IMG/VR virus record: IMGVR_UViG_2836880742_000002
Coordinates: 1 to 64,000 of that record
DNA length: 64,000 nt
Reading direction: 5' to 3' (one strand)
Source of the DNA: a virus
Taxonomy: Duplodnaviria > Caudoviricetes
Position 1 is the first letter of the stretch. The number at the start of each line of letters is the position of its first letter. The notes beneath the pieces are model-generated. The model was not told where the DNA came from. It ran no database searches and saw nothing but the letters and a program-made list of their open reading frames with translations. A program made the position numbers and the translations under genes. Of this stretch, positions 19,584 through 29,279 are shown piece by piece.

Positions 19584-20325
19584 TTATTTTTCGGTTTCTA
19601 TTTCATTAATTTTCAACTCACCTGACATTAGCTTTGGTAAAAGTGTGTCACGCACTTTTGCCTGTTTTGCATTTTCAAGGCTGTTAGAAAGTATCGTTTT
19701 GATGAAAGGTAGAACTATTTCGCCAAACTTTTTCACATAAGGGCTTTCATTTGAGTATATGGGCAAACATTCAACATCTTTAGTATTAATTCCGGGAATC
19801 GCAGCCTTACCTCCAATTGAATTTAATTGGTTCATAATGTATGGTGTTTGCATATAAAAATAAGCAAACACATTATAGCCACAGTCCATTAAGTCCAAAA
19901 GAAAAACGTGTTCATTGATATACATTTCATTGAAAGGGAATCCTTCTCCAAAAATAGTGAAATTTGGAATAAAATACCCCGGCTTGCCCCCGTCTTTGTA
20001 AATCAATAGTTCATATCCATTAATTTTTCCTTTTTTTATCGTTTGAGCATATTCTTCGGGGATATATTTTGTCTTAGAGTAATCATAATATCCCAGCCCC
20101 TTAATGTTTTCTGCTCCAATGCTCGGAACGCCTATCAATGTAGCTCCACCTTTCGGTCTTTTCCCGCTTTCTATATTATGAGGTATATTTTCAATATATG
20201 TTATTGGTAGCTCTTTAGGAGTACTCCCCAATACAGAATTGACAAATTCACCGTCCCTGAACGGCTCGAAATCCACAAACCAAGCCTTGAACAACGCCTG
20301 TGCCTGCTGCTCTAAATTATCATTT
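19584..20325 (-). pseudogene. hsdS: Silent hsdS 3' half (single C-terminal TRD) starting at the recombination core
   Basis: Homology starts at NDNLEQQAQALFKAWF and ends RDTLLPKLMSGEL; the upstream part of ORF 19584-20381 is not HsdS-like. Confidence 0.8.
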
Positions 20326-20382
20326 CCGTGTCTATTTTGGAAAAAAGATGTGCTTCTACCATATGTCGAACAATACCACATG

Positions 20383-21375
20383 CTAATTTATAAATTTACG
20401 GTGAGAGAGTTTGACATTATTTTGATTAACCATCGCATAGTGCATGGTGGTGTCAATCTTGACATGACCAAGCAAGCGTTGCACTTGCTCCACAGGCATA
20501 CCTTTGTCTATAGCCATAGTAGCCAAGGTACGGCGGAACTTATGAGGGTGAACACGTACGATTTTTGCCAAACGACCGATTTTGCGCAAACGGGTTTCCA
20601 CGCCCGAAATCTCAAGCCGTTTATGCGGTTTTGCCAACGAAACAAAAAGTGCTTTGTTCCGGTCTTTACGAGAAGTCAAATATTGTTGCAAATGAATTTT
20701 TGCACGGGCGTTGAAGTAAACAATACGTTCCTTGTTGCCTTTGCCGAAAACAATACATTCGCGCTCGGAAAAATTGATGTCTTCACGATTGAGCTTCACC
20801 AGTTCACCCACACGCATACCCGTAGAAGCCAACAAATCAATAATGGCAAGGTCGCGAATTTTGGTACAACTATCCCGTAGCTGTTCGATATTCTCATCAC
20901 TCAACACCTCTTTCACCTGTGTCCCAGTTTTTACCTTGTGTATCCTGCGGACAGGACTTTTGACAATATAGTCTTCTTCTTCAAGCCAAGCGAAGAATGA
21001 CGAAAATATCCGACGGATATTATCAATGGTCACTTTGCTTGATTTGTTCTTTCTTTGGAATACAGCGAGGTAGGCTCTGATGTCTTCTGTCGTGTAGTCG
21101 GTTATCTTCTTAGGCATCTTTTTGAATAGTTGCCGAATGGTAGAACCGTAGTATTTGATTGTCGGAGTAGTGCAACCCTCCACTTGTTTTGCCGACAGAA
21201 ATATATCAAGCAAACGGTCGTTAGACGCTGCATTTTCGTGCAGGGTCTCGCCATCCTCTGTAATAGTGTATTTGCTTACAACTTGAAGCAACACACTATT
21301 AAGGTGAGCTACTTGTTCAAAACTTAATACTTCTGCCATTGCGGTGCTGATTTCCTGAATTAATTTTTCTTTCAT
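20383..21375 (-). CDS. Tyrosine recombinase inside the R-M operon
   Basis: TGMRVGEL, GKGNKER, HPHKFRRT, LLGH...TTMHY. Confidence 0.92.
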   Translation of the reverse strand: MKEKLIQEISTAMAEVLSFEQVAHLNSVLLQVVSKYTITEDGETLHENAASNDRLLDIFLSAKQVEGCTTPTIKYYGSTIRQLFKKMPKKITDYTTEDIRAYLAVFQRKNKSSKVTIDNIRRIFSSFFAWLEEEDYIVKSPVRRIHKVKTGTQVKEVLSDENIEQLRDSCTKIRDLAIIDLLASTGMRVGELVKLNREDINFSERECIVFGKGNKERIVYFNARAKIHLQQYLTSRKDRNKALFVSLAKPHKRLEISGVETRLRKIGRLAKIVRVHPHKFRRTLATMAIDKGMPVEQVQRLLGHVKIDTTMHYAMVNQNNVKLSHRKFIN

Positions 21376-21418
21376 ATCCTCGTTATTAATGTGAATCTAA
21401 CGAAGAGTAGAAGTCGTT

Positions 21419-22960
21419 TCATTTGACGGTAAAACCGATACTTGCCAACCGTTTACGAATTTCATCTTCAAGCGTATGTGATTGGGCAAACAAATCCGAA
21501 AGTTCGGAAGTAAGGCGTTCCATCTTTTCTTGGAAAGGTTCTCCGTCTTCCTCCACTTCAGCAATACCGACATAACGTCCGGGAGTAAGAATAAAGTCTT
21601 GCTTTTCTATATCTTGAATAGTGGCAATAGCAGAAAAACCTTTTTCAGTTTCAAGCGTCCCGGCACGAAACTGTTCAAAGGTATCTGCTATGCGTGCAAT
21701 ATCATTGCCATGGTCTTCTGTTTCTTCTCCACAAGAAAGTTCACGGTGCGTACGGTCTTTCATATAACCCATGTTACGGGCATCTATAAAAAGCGTTTTG
21801 CCCGGTTGTGCCTTCTTCTTTGTCAAGAACCACAGACAACAAGGTATCTGCACATTGTAAAATAATTGCGATGGCATGGCAATAATGCTTTCCACTAAAT
21901 CGGCTTTGACAATATTTTTACGGATTTCTCCCTCTGTGCCTTGCTGTGATGATAACGAACCGTTAGCAAGAACCAGACCGATACGTCCATTGTCTGCCAA
22001 GTGGTATAGCATATGCTGCATCCATGCAAAGTTGGCATTACCCTCCGGTGGTATTCCATATTGCCAGCGTGGGTCATCTCGTAATTGGTCGCCACCCCAT
22101 TTAGAAATATTGAACGGTGGATTAGCCATTACGAAGTCCGCTTTGAGAAACGGGTGCTTGTCATCGTGGAAAGAATCACCGGAACTATCACCAAAGTTGG
22201 CTTCAATACCACAAATGGCAAGGTTCATTTGTGCCAACCTCCACGTGTTGCTGTTGAGTTCCTGCCCATAAACAGATATTTGATTGATATTACCCCGATG
22301 TCGTTCGATAAACTTACTACTCTGCACAAACATACCTCCCGAACCACAGGCAGGGTCAAAAATTTTACCCTTGTAAGGTTGGATAACTTCAACTATGGTA
22401 CGGACAACACAGGAAGGCGTATAGAACTCACCGCCTTTCTTACCTTCTTCGCGGGCAAATTCTCCAAGGAAATACTCATATACACGCCCAAGTACATCGC
22501 GAGCTTCAGAACCGGTAAAATGCAGGTTGTTTTCAAATATATCAATTACATTACCCAAGCGGCGTTTATCAAGCTCCGGTCGGGCATAGTTTTTGGGAAG
22601 AATACCTTTAAGTTGCTTATTCTCTTTCTCCAATGCTTCCATTGCCGCATCCACAACAACTCCAATTTCAGCAGTAAGTGAGGCTTTAACAATTTTGTCC
22701 CAACGGGCATCAACAGGAACAAAAAATATGTTATCGCCAATATATTCATCCGGGTCTTCCTCAAAGCCAGCACCCTCTGCAATCAGTTCATCGTGTTTGA
22801 CTTTGAAGCAGTCGTTGATATATTTTAGAAAAACAAGTCCGAGTACAACACTTTTATACTCGGCAGCATCAAGGTTGCCACGCAATTCGTTTGCGGAATC
22901 CCATAACGTCTGCTCGATGGTTTTCTTTGCTACATCTTTTGTTTTTGCTTTTTTTGCCAT
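21419..22960 (-). CDS. hsdM: Type I N6-adenine methyltransferase subunit M
   Basis: GEFYTP, DPACGSGG, NPPF; start reassigned to ATG 22960. Confidence 0.96.
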   Translation of the reverse strand: MAKKAKTKDVAKKTIEQTLWDSANELRGNLDAAEYKSVVLGLVFLKYINDCFKVKHDELIAEGAGFEEDPDEYIGDNIFFVPVDARWDKIVKASLTAEIGVVVDAAMEALEKENKQLKGILPKNYARPELDKRRLGNVIDIFENNLHFTGSEARDVLGRVYEYFLGEFAREEGKKGGEFYTPSCVVRTIVEVIQPYKGKIFDPACGSGGMFVQSSKFIERHRGNINQISVYGQELNSNTWRLAQMNLAICGIEANFGDSSGDSFHDDKHPFLKADFVMANPPFNISKWGGDQLRDDPRWQYGIPPEGNANFAWMQHMLYHLADNGRIGLVLANGSLSSQQGTEGEIRKNIVKADLVESIIAMPSQLFYNVQIPCCLWFLTKKKAQPGKTLFIDARNMGYMKDRTHRELSCGEETEDHGNDIARIADTFEQFRAGTLETEKGFSAIATIQDIEKQDFILTPGRYVGIAEVEEDGEPFQEKMERLTSELSDLFAQSHTLEDEIRKRLASIGFTVK

Positions 22961-23293
22961 GGTCGTATATAAAAGCAAAACTCCATCACTATCCCTGCGA
23001 GGCAGACCAAAGCCTATAAGACAGCGAAGGAGTTTCGTATGTTATTTATTCTTATTCTTCAGGTCATTAGCGCAGTTGCTTTTTCAGTCACAAAGGTAAT
23101 GCCTTTTCGTGGATTTTCTTGCATAATCCAGAAATAACTATTATTTGAACCTCACGTTTCATTAACTTAACATCAATGATGTATTCGACAACAGAGACAA
23201 ATTACCGACTAATATTATCATAATAAGATTACCAAACATTGCCATACATTGCAGTGAAATAACAGAAATCAGCCTTAGCCCTATGTGTGAAAA

Positions 23294-23896
23294 TCATTCT
23301 TTTTTGTCAGTTCGCTTCAAATATTCATTAAGAACTTCTCTTGCATAATAATAGCCTCTTTCTTTGAATCTATTCCATGATATAATCAACAGTATCATTG
23401 CAATCGGCCAAAACTGCCATTCGTTATAAAAACGAAAAGCACACAGAGTGTCTGCAATCAATATTGTTGTAAGCATTGTTCGTGCCCAAGCATATTGGGC
23501 ATTAAAAGCTGGAACTCTACAATCCTCACATCCATTGACTTTTCTCATGGCACATCCGAACATTTTCCGTTCAGAGGCATGTTGGTCATTCAATTCTTTT
23601 TTCAACGTTGCTATTGCTTTTTCGGCTTCATAGAATTTAATACGCTTACATCCTGTCCAATTTTGTCCATTCACTAATGTAAGCAGTTTATCTGATGGCA
23701 TACCATTTATTGTTTTGTAATAAAAGCCTTCAAGCAAGCTTCCGATAGCATTAATAAAATATCCAGCTAAATATCCTAATGCCAGATATACAACACCATC
23801 TATTTCTATATTTCCGATAAAAAGATAATTAATGGTGGCCACAATAGTTACACCTATTATGGTATTTGATAATAAATCGTAGTATTTTATATCCAT
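23294..23896 (-). CDS. Multi-TM membrane protein
   Basis: Two N-terminal and two C-terminal hydrophobic helices; 13 nt downstream of the MBL gene. Confidence 0.7.
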   Translation of the reverse strand: MDIKYYDLLSNTIIGVTIVATINYLFIGNIEIDGVVYLALGYLAGYFINAIGSLLEGFYYKTINGMPSDKLLTLVNGQNWTGCKRIKFYEAEKAIATLKKELNDQHASERKMFGCAMRKVNGCEDCRVPAFNAQYAWARTMLTTILIADTLCAFRFYNEWQFWPIAMILLIISWNRFKERGYYYAREVLNEYLKRTDKKE

Positions 23897-23909
23897 AAGT
23901 ATTTCATCT

Positions 23910-24854
23910 TTAAACTACTAACGTTCCCGCATAATACCAATCTACAATAGAAAATCCATAAACGGTTCGCGTAATATTTCCTTTTCCTTGTTTAGCTTTT
24001 AGGCATGTGGGCTTATTATTAATTTTATTTTTAGTGTAAATATGCACTTCTTTGCCATCATTTTCAAAACGTATATCTCCAGCTGCATTTTGAGTAATAG
24101 TCTGCCTTGAATCACCGTAGTCAATATGCTCGGATGGCGCATTACCTATGATGATTAATTTAGGGTTTAATGCCTCTAACAAATCATTAGGAACAGCTCC
24201 TGATTTGCGACCATGATGTGGCTGAAACAATATGTCAACTTGTGGAATATTATTTTTGTATTCATCGTAGTATGCTTGTTGCATTTCTGTTTCCAAATCC
24301 CCCATCCACATATAAGTAGCACCATTTTCTATGCTATATGTGAAAATTGGGCAAATATTATTTACCTCTTTGCCTTCGGAAACAAGTTTAAGTGCCTGCT
24401 TAAATTTTTCGTTTTCTAAATCGGGCCACATGAAATTTATTCCAGAACACCCATTCTCGTCATTTGTTTCATTGAGCCAAGCACGTCTAATGCCACGCTT
24501 TATGGCAAAATTTTTATTAGCAAGTAGCCAATGGTAGCGAGTTAAACTATCATCGTTATCATCTGTCGGACGATTATTATCTACCGCGTAAAAATTTGTA
24601 ATTTCCCAACTATCATCCAAATATTCTATGCCTGCTATATGATCGTTGTCCGGATGTGTTGATATAAAACGACAAACTCTACCAGCAGACTCATTTTTGA
24701 TCTCTTTTATAATTTCATCTTTGCGGGCATTATTCCCATCACCATCTTTTAGATAGCAATCAATAACAGTAAAATTTCGGGAACCATGTTTGATATAGAA
24801 CATATCCCCTCGAATATCTCCCTCTGGGAATGAATAAGACTTTACTATGGACAT
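23910..24854 (-). CDS. ComEC-like metallo-beta-lactamase-fold hydrolase
   Basis: VIDC, THPDNDHIAG, MGDLE, PHHG motifs; no signal peptide. Confidence 0.85.
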   Translation of the reverse strand: MSIVKSYSFPEGDIRGDMFYIKHGSRNFTVIDCYLKDGDGNNARKDEIIKEIKNESAGRVCRFISTHPDNDHIAGIEYLDDSWEITNFYAVDNNRPTDDNDDSLTRYHWLLANKNFAIKRGIRRAWLNETNDENGCSGINFMWPDLENEKFKQALKLVSEGKEVNNICPIFTYSIENGATYMWMGDLETEMQQAYYDEYKNNIPQVDILFQPHHGRKSGAVPNDLLEALNPKLIIIGNAPSEHIDYGDSRQTITQNAAGDIRFENDGKEVHIYTKNKINNKPTCLKAKQGKGNITRTVYGFSIVDWYYAGTLVV

Positions 24855-25169
24855 GCTAATTTAATTTAAAATGTTTATACTTAAAATGGCAAACTATATG
24901 CCGAATGTCTTTCTACAATCAAAAACTGACAAAAAGTCAGTGCTTGGCACATTTTCTTATTTGACATAATGGTGGATGTAGTTCATCATTATGTCCTCCG
25001 AAACAACATCACAACTTTTAAAGAAATATAGTACCATTTGTGATGGTTTAAATGAATGAAAAAAGAAGTGGAATTTTGGAACAAGCTGCATCGAGAGAAG
25101 GAGAAGGTGTCAGTATTGACACTTTAATGAGTTAAGAATCAATAAAAGCGTTAAATCTTCGTCCTTTAG

Positions 25170-25175
25170 AATGTA
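25170..25175. repeat. Right junction direct repeat AATGTA
   Basis: Identical to 5125-5130. Confidence 0.7.
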
Positions 25176-25185
25176 CCATTAAAGA

Positions 25186-26115
25186 TTAAGGCCATATTTC
25201 TGACTTATTACTTGCAAAATATTGAGTAATAATCGGTTGCAAATACATATACTGTATACTAACAAAATAGGTATATGTAAGTGTAACAAACATTATATTT
25301 AGGTCCTCAGAGTTATTAGCATATACACTAGCAGGTATTAATATATTATTTGTTTCAACAAATACAATATTTCCCGTATTTACAGCATCTACCCATCTAT
25401 CATAGGTAAAGTCTCCCAAAAAGGATTGAATAACACCTGTATTACTATCAGTACTGAGGTTTTCAAACCCTTTTAATATATACACTCCGTACTTCTTCCC
25501 GTTAAACCAAATACTATTCTCATCTTCGCTGAATCGGATGCTGTCAAATGCTTTTTTGTCCTCCTTCGACATCAAACCGTCCTTGTCCGCAGAGGCCGGA
25601 TTTGAGATTTCCGCAATCTTGTCATTCAACACTTTACCCTGTGCGGCCGAAAGAGCACTTTCTTCATTATCAGAATTCAGGTTGTTTATGACATTGGGGA
25701 CAACTACTAAAGTTTCAAGGGATATTCTATCTGATGATATTGAGTATACAAAAATGCCATTGCCTGCATTTATATAAAATCCAATAAATCCATCAAGCTT
25801 GACGATTCCTGCAGGAATATATGCTATAATCCCATCATATCCAATTGAAACTTTTGCAATTACGACTTTATGATTTACGGCTTCCACAAACTCATCCCAA
25901 TTCCCTACAATAGATTCCACGTCTGTTGTAGACCAATCTTTTGTCGTTTCTAAAGCTCCCGGTAAAATGTAAACTACGTTTCCACTCACATACTCATTGA
26001 TTCTCTCCAACAGCACATGCCCGTTCCGCTCACCCTCCTGGAACGGGATGCCCTCTTTCCCCGTCAGCTCCGTGCGTTCCGGGGTCTGTAATATCGTCTT
26101 TCCTTCTACTGCCAT
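25186..26115 (-). CDS. Tail-fibre-associated protein
   Basis: VINNLNSDNEESALSAAQGKVLNDKI and ASADKDGLMSKEDK fibre-type repeats. Confidence 0.65.
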   Translation of the reverse strand: MAVEGKTILQTPERTELTGKEGIPFQEGERNGHVLLERINEYVSGNVVYILPGALETTKDWSTTDVESIVGNWDEFVEAVNHKVVIAKVSIGYDGIIAYIPAGIVKLDGFIGFYINAGNGIFVYSISSDRISLETLVVVPNVINNLNSDNEESALSAAQGKVLNDKIAEISNPASADKDGLMSKEDKKAFDSIRFSEDENSIWFNGKKYGVYILKGFENLSTDSNTGVIQSFLGDFTYDRWVDAVNTGNIVFVETNNILIPASVYANNSEDLNIMFVTLTYTYFVSIQYMYLQPIITQYFASNKSEIWP

Positions 26116-26117
26116 GA

Positions 26118-26336
26118 CTACTTGTGTCTTAATTGTTTCCTTACTGTCCTTCTTGTCACCTCCACCATCATAACGGGGCTTCCGTCAGCCCAAAGCCAAG
26201 CCTTGCCTTCCTCCAAGAGCAGGGCGTTGCCGACAAGCTCATACGGGTCCCCGCGCCCTATGATGCCGGAAGAATTGGCGCGGGTCGTTCCCAACCCCGC
26301 CATGTTCAACCGTGAATAGTTCATCCTCTCCATCAT
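26118..26336 (-). CDS. Hypothetical phage protein
   Basis: 72-aa ORF coupled to both neighbours. Confidence 0.55.
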   Translation of the reverse strand: MMERMNYSRLNMAGLGTTRANSSGIIGRGDPYELVGNALLLEEGKAWLWADGSPVMMVEVTRRTVRKQLRHK

Positions 26337-26620
26337 TCCGCCTCCCTGATAGTGGCCTTCGTCACTTCCGACATGCTCTCAATCCTGATGTGCATCGGAT
26401 AAACGCCGTGTCCGAAGCACCAGTCTATGAACTGTCCGGGATTGTACAACGTGTTCGGCAGGATGCACGGCACGAACGTCCCCTCGTCCGAACTCCGCTG
26501 CGAGATGTAAAACCCGCCGCCTTCCTTCCGTTCCAGATGGAGAGCATAGTCCGCGTTCACCGTCTCTTCCGCCACATACCTGTCACCCTGTAGGGTGAAA
26601 TTCAAATTCCTGAGTGCCAT
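26333..26620 (-). CDS. Hypothetical small beta-rich phage protein
   Basis: 95 aa; resembles the N-terminal part of 49141-49740. Confidence 0.6.
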   Translation of the reverse strand: MALRNLNFTLQGDRYVAEETVNADYALHLERKEGGGFYISQRSSDEGTFVPCILPNTLYNPGQFIDWCFGHGVYPMHIRIESMSEVTKATIREAE

Positions 26621-26621
26621 G

Positions 26622-27083
26622 TCACTTTTCCTCCTTCTTTACTGTATTATTCTCATGTTCCCTTTGAAACAGAAGCTCTGCCGCCATCTTGGCTATCTCG
26701 TCCTTGTTGTCGATGATTACCCTCATCGTCTTCTCCGCCTTCCGGAGTTCCTCCTTCTGCCATGATTTCTCCCTTACCGACACGAACTCGCAGAAAATGC
26801 AGTAAGCCGTCCACAACATCGAGAACACCGGTATGGGAACCACCACGCAGCACAGGATGTCGATGAAGCACAACGTCAGGAAAGGCGTGAAGTACTTCTT
26901 TGCCTTCGTGGCCGTCTTCTTGTACCCCGTGGAAGTCCGCGCCTCGCCGCGTTGTTTGGCCTTTTGTACCCCAGAGACCAAATCCACGGCCATTGCGCCT
27001 ATCGTGGCCGCCACGCATAATGCTATCAGTATGATGTGGTTCATCATGTGATTTTCTATAAAATCAATAATCACTTTTTCCAT
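26622..27083 (-). CDS. Putative holin
   Basis: Three hydrophobic segments; DLVSGVQKA...STGYKKT...EFVSVREK pattern; charged tail. Confidence 0.75.
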   Translation of the reverse strand: MEKVIIDFIENHMMNHIILIALCVAATIGAMAVDLVSGVQKAKQRGEARTSTGYKKTATKAKKYFTPFLTLCFIDILCCVVVPIPVFSMLWTAYCIFCEFVSVREKSWQKEELRKAEKTMRVIIDNKDEIAKMAAELLFQREHENNTVKKEEK

Positions 27084-27250
27084 TACAATGCTTTTTTTAG
27101 TGTTACAAAATCCTCACCGTGCCACAAGACAAGACCCGCACGACATACGATCCAGGAACGCGATGGGGTTCCCGTTTTTCCACTTCCGGCCATAACCGCA
27201 CGTTCCGCCCTATGGAACCCCAATGCTTATCCATGGCCATCTTCCTTTAA

Positions 27251-27856
27251 TCAGTACACCGCTTTCTTCAACTCCGCAACCTCCCCGCGCAACGCCTCCA
27301 CCTCGGCCATGAGTTCCGCCACGCCTCTTTCCTCCAAAGCCACCGGCATGCCCGATTTGGCCGAAACCAATGAGATTTTCTTCCATGCCGTCGTGCTGTC
27401 AGGCACCTTCCCCATGAAGGAACGGTGGTATATGTTGCCATCCGAACTGAAACCCAACTGGTGGTAATAATTTCCCGCGTTCGTGTGCAACGTCAACACC
27501 CCGTTGGCATTGCTTCCATGCGGGAAAAGTCCTGCCGTGCTCGCCAATACGTCCGAATCGAAATACACGCCAGGTATTGCACTCGTCCGCGTAATGATTC
27601 CATTCGTAGACCCGCCCGAAGCGTTCATGTTCTTGATCCGAAGCTCCGAGCCGCTCCAATACACCTTCCCGTTGAACACGATGCAATCCGAGTCGGTCGC
27701 AAAGAACAACGCCTGCGGGTTGGACCCCGTCAATGACAAAGCCTGCGCCCGCGTCTTGCTCGCGTACACCTCCAAAATCTTCCCCGTGGGGGAGGATGCA
27801 AGGGGGACAATGCCGCCTTGCTCCCGGTCTTCCGAATCAATCACTTTCTCGTCCAT
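27251..27856 (-). CDS. Tail-fibre-like protein
   Basis: N-terminus paralogous to 27866-29269 (EVYASK...FATD...IVFNG); coiled-coil end. Confidence 0.6.
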   Translation of the reverse strand: MDEKVIDSEDREQGGIVPLASSPTGKILEVYASKTRAQALSLTGSNPQALFFATDSDCIVFNGKVYWSGSELRIKNMNASGGSTNGIITRTSAIPGVYFDSDVLASTAGLFPHGSNANGVLTLHTNAGNYYHQLGFSSDGNIYHRSFMGKVPDSTTAWKKISLVSAKSGMPVALEERGVAELMAEVEALRGEVAELKKAVY

Positions 27857-27865
27857 AAGCCATGA

Positions 27866-29269
27866 CTATTTGATGGTAAGGGCGGCTTTTATCGAGTCGG
27901 CTATCGACTTGGCAGAGTTCGCCGTGTTCGTTGTCGTAGTCAGCTTGTCATTCAGGGCTTTTCCTTGTGCTGCCGATAGTGCCTTCGCCGTGTCCGTGGA
28001 AGTCAGGCTGTTCACCACGTCGCTTTTGTTCAGCTTGGCATCCACCTGCGACTTCAACGCCTTTCCCTGGGCAGCCGAAAGCGCGGCATCCGTGCGGTCG
28101 CTCGTCAGGCTGTTGATGACCTCCGTCTTGTCCGACAACAGCACGAGGTCACCGTCCTTGCATACATAAACGCCCTTAAAAGAACCTGCCGAAGGCATCA
28201 CGTACACCTTGCCCTCTATCGGCTTCCTGGCCAAGCCGTCACTTCCGGCAAGTTCGGCATATTGCTTGGCCTTGTTACTGTCATCGGCAATGGACCAGTT
28301 GTTATAATACGTACCGTCAATACGGTAACACAACTGTTTCATGTCTTTCAGGTAGACCAGGCTTCCCCCTGCCTTCGTGGACGATGCCTGCTGCACCGTC
28401 TGCGTGCCCCCCACAATCTGGTCGAGCAGCACCGGGACGCAAGCCTCCTGCACCGTAATGATGCGCTTTGTCACGTTCGTGCTAGCCACCGTGTTGCCCG
28501 CTGCCACCTCCTTCACGTCTATGTAATCGTCCACCACCTCGCTCCGCTTCACCTGCGCGTCGTTCGTCACGTTCGACAGCCCCACCTGGGCTTTCGTCAC
28601 CCCGTGCGGGTTGCTCTTGTTCCCCGTGTGCGAGGTCAGCTCCGACTTCGTGGCATAAGTTTTTGCCGCGTCGGCCGCCTTCAGGAACACCGACAAGTCC
28701 ACCGTGCCCCCCAGGGCGTCCCAGTTGTCGTCGTTGTGGTCACTGGCCGAAGTGTTCGTCACGCATACCACGTTCGTCCCCGCCGGGTACTTCTTGCCAC
28801 CCAACGTGAACTCGGCCGTCACGTTCCACGTGTCGCCCTTCACCGCGTTCGTCAGCGCGAGCACATCGGCAATGGTCGCTTTCGTCCCCATTACCTTATA
28901 CACGCTGCCCAGTTTCGAGTTGATGGCATTGTTCATCTCTTCCATTGTAGGAAGCGCGTCCACCAACGCCTTCAACGCCTTTCCCTGCGCCGCGCTCAAA
29001 GCCTTGTTCGTGCTCCCGTCCGTAAGGCTGTTGATTATCTCCACAAAATTATAAACCACGCCGTTGAACACGATGCGGTGCGTGTCCGTGGCGAAACACA
29101 TCGCCCCCGGCTTGCTCGATGCCAAAGCCTTCGCATCCGCCTCCGACTTCGAGGCATATACCTCAAAAAGTTGTCCCACCGGGCCACTGGCAATGGGCAT
29201 GATGTCCCCGTTGTCCGCGCCGTCCATATTCCACGAGGAAATAGGTTCTTTTACTTGTTCTTCCATCAT
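27866..29269 (-). CDS. Tail fibre protein
   Basis: Three NSLT...ALSAAQGKAL repeats and NPHGVTKAQVGLSNV repeat. Confidence 0.8.
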   Translation of the reverse strand: MMEEQVKEPISSWNMDGADNGDIMPIASGPVGQLFEVYASKSEADAKALASSKPGAMCFATDTHRIVFNGVVYNFVEIINSLTDGSTNKALSAAQGKALKALVDALPTMEEMNNAINSKLGSVYKVMGTKATIADVLALTNAVKGDTWNVTAEFTLGGKKYPAGTNVVCVTNTSASDHNDDNWDALGGTVDLSVFLKAADAAKTYATKSELTSHTGNKSNPHGVTKAQVGLSNVTNDAQVKRSEVVDDYIDVKEVAAGNTVASTNVTKRIITVQEACVPVLLDQIVGGTQTVQQASSTKAGGSLVYLKDMKQLCYRIDGTYYNNWSIADDSNKAKQYAELAGSDGLARKPIEGKVYVMPSAGSFKGVYVCKDGDLVLLSDKTEVINSLTSDRTDAALSAAQGKALKSQVDAKLNKSDVVNSLTSTDTAKALSAAQGKALNDKLTTTTNTANSAKSIADSIKAALTIK

Positions 29270-29279
29270 TTTCCAATTA

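Larger units (their letters stand above)
5131..25169. mobile_element. Integrative mobilizable element (NBU/MTn-like) with type I R-M cargo
   Basis: Tyrosine integrase, excisionase-like HTH, AAA protein, primase-like protein, oriT and MOB_V relaxase on + strand; phage sequence resumes on both sides. Confidence 0.88.

Noticed and set aside
16700-20325. Classical invertible hsdS shufflon
   Set aside because: All hsdS parts and repeats are in the same orientation, so inversion is not possible
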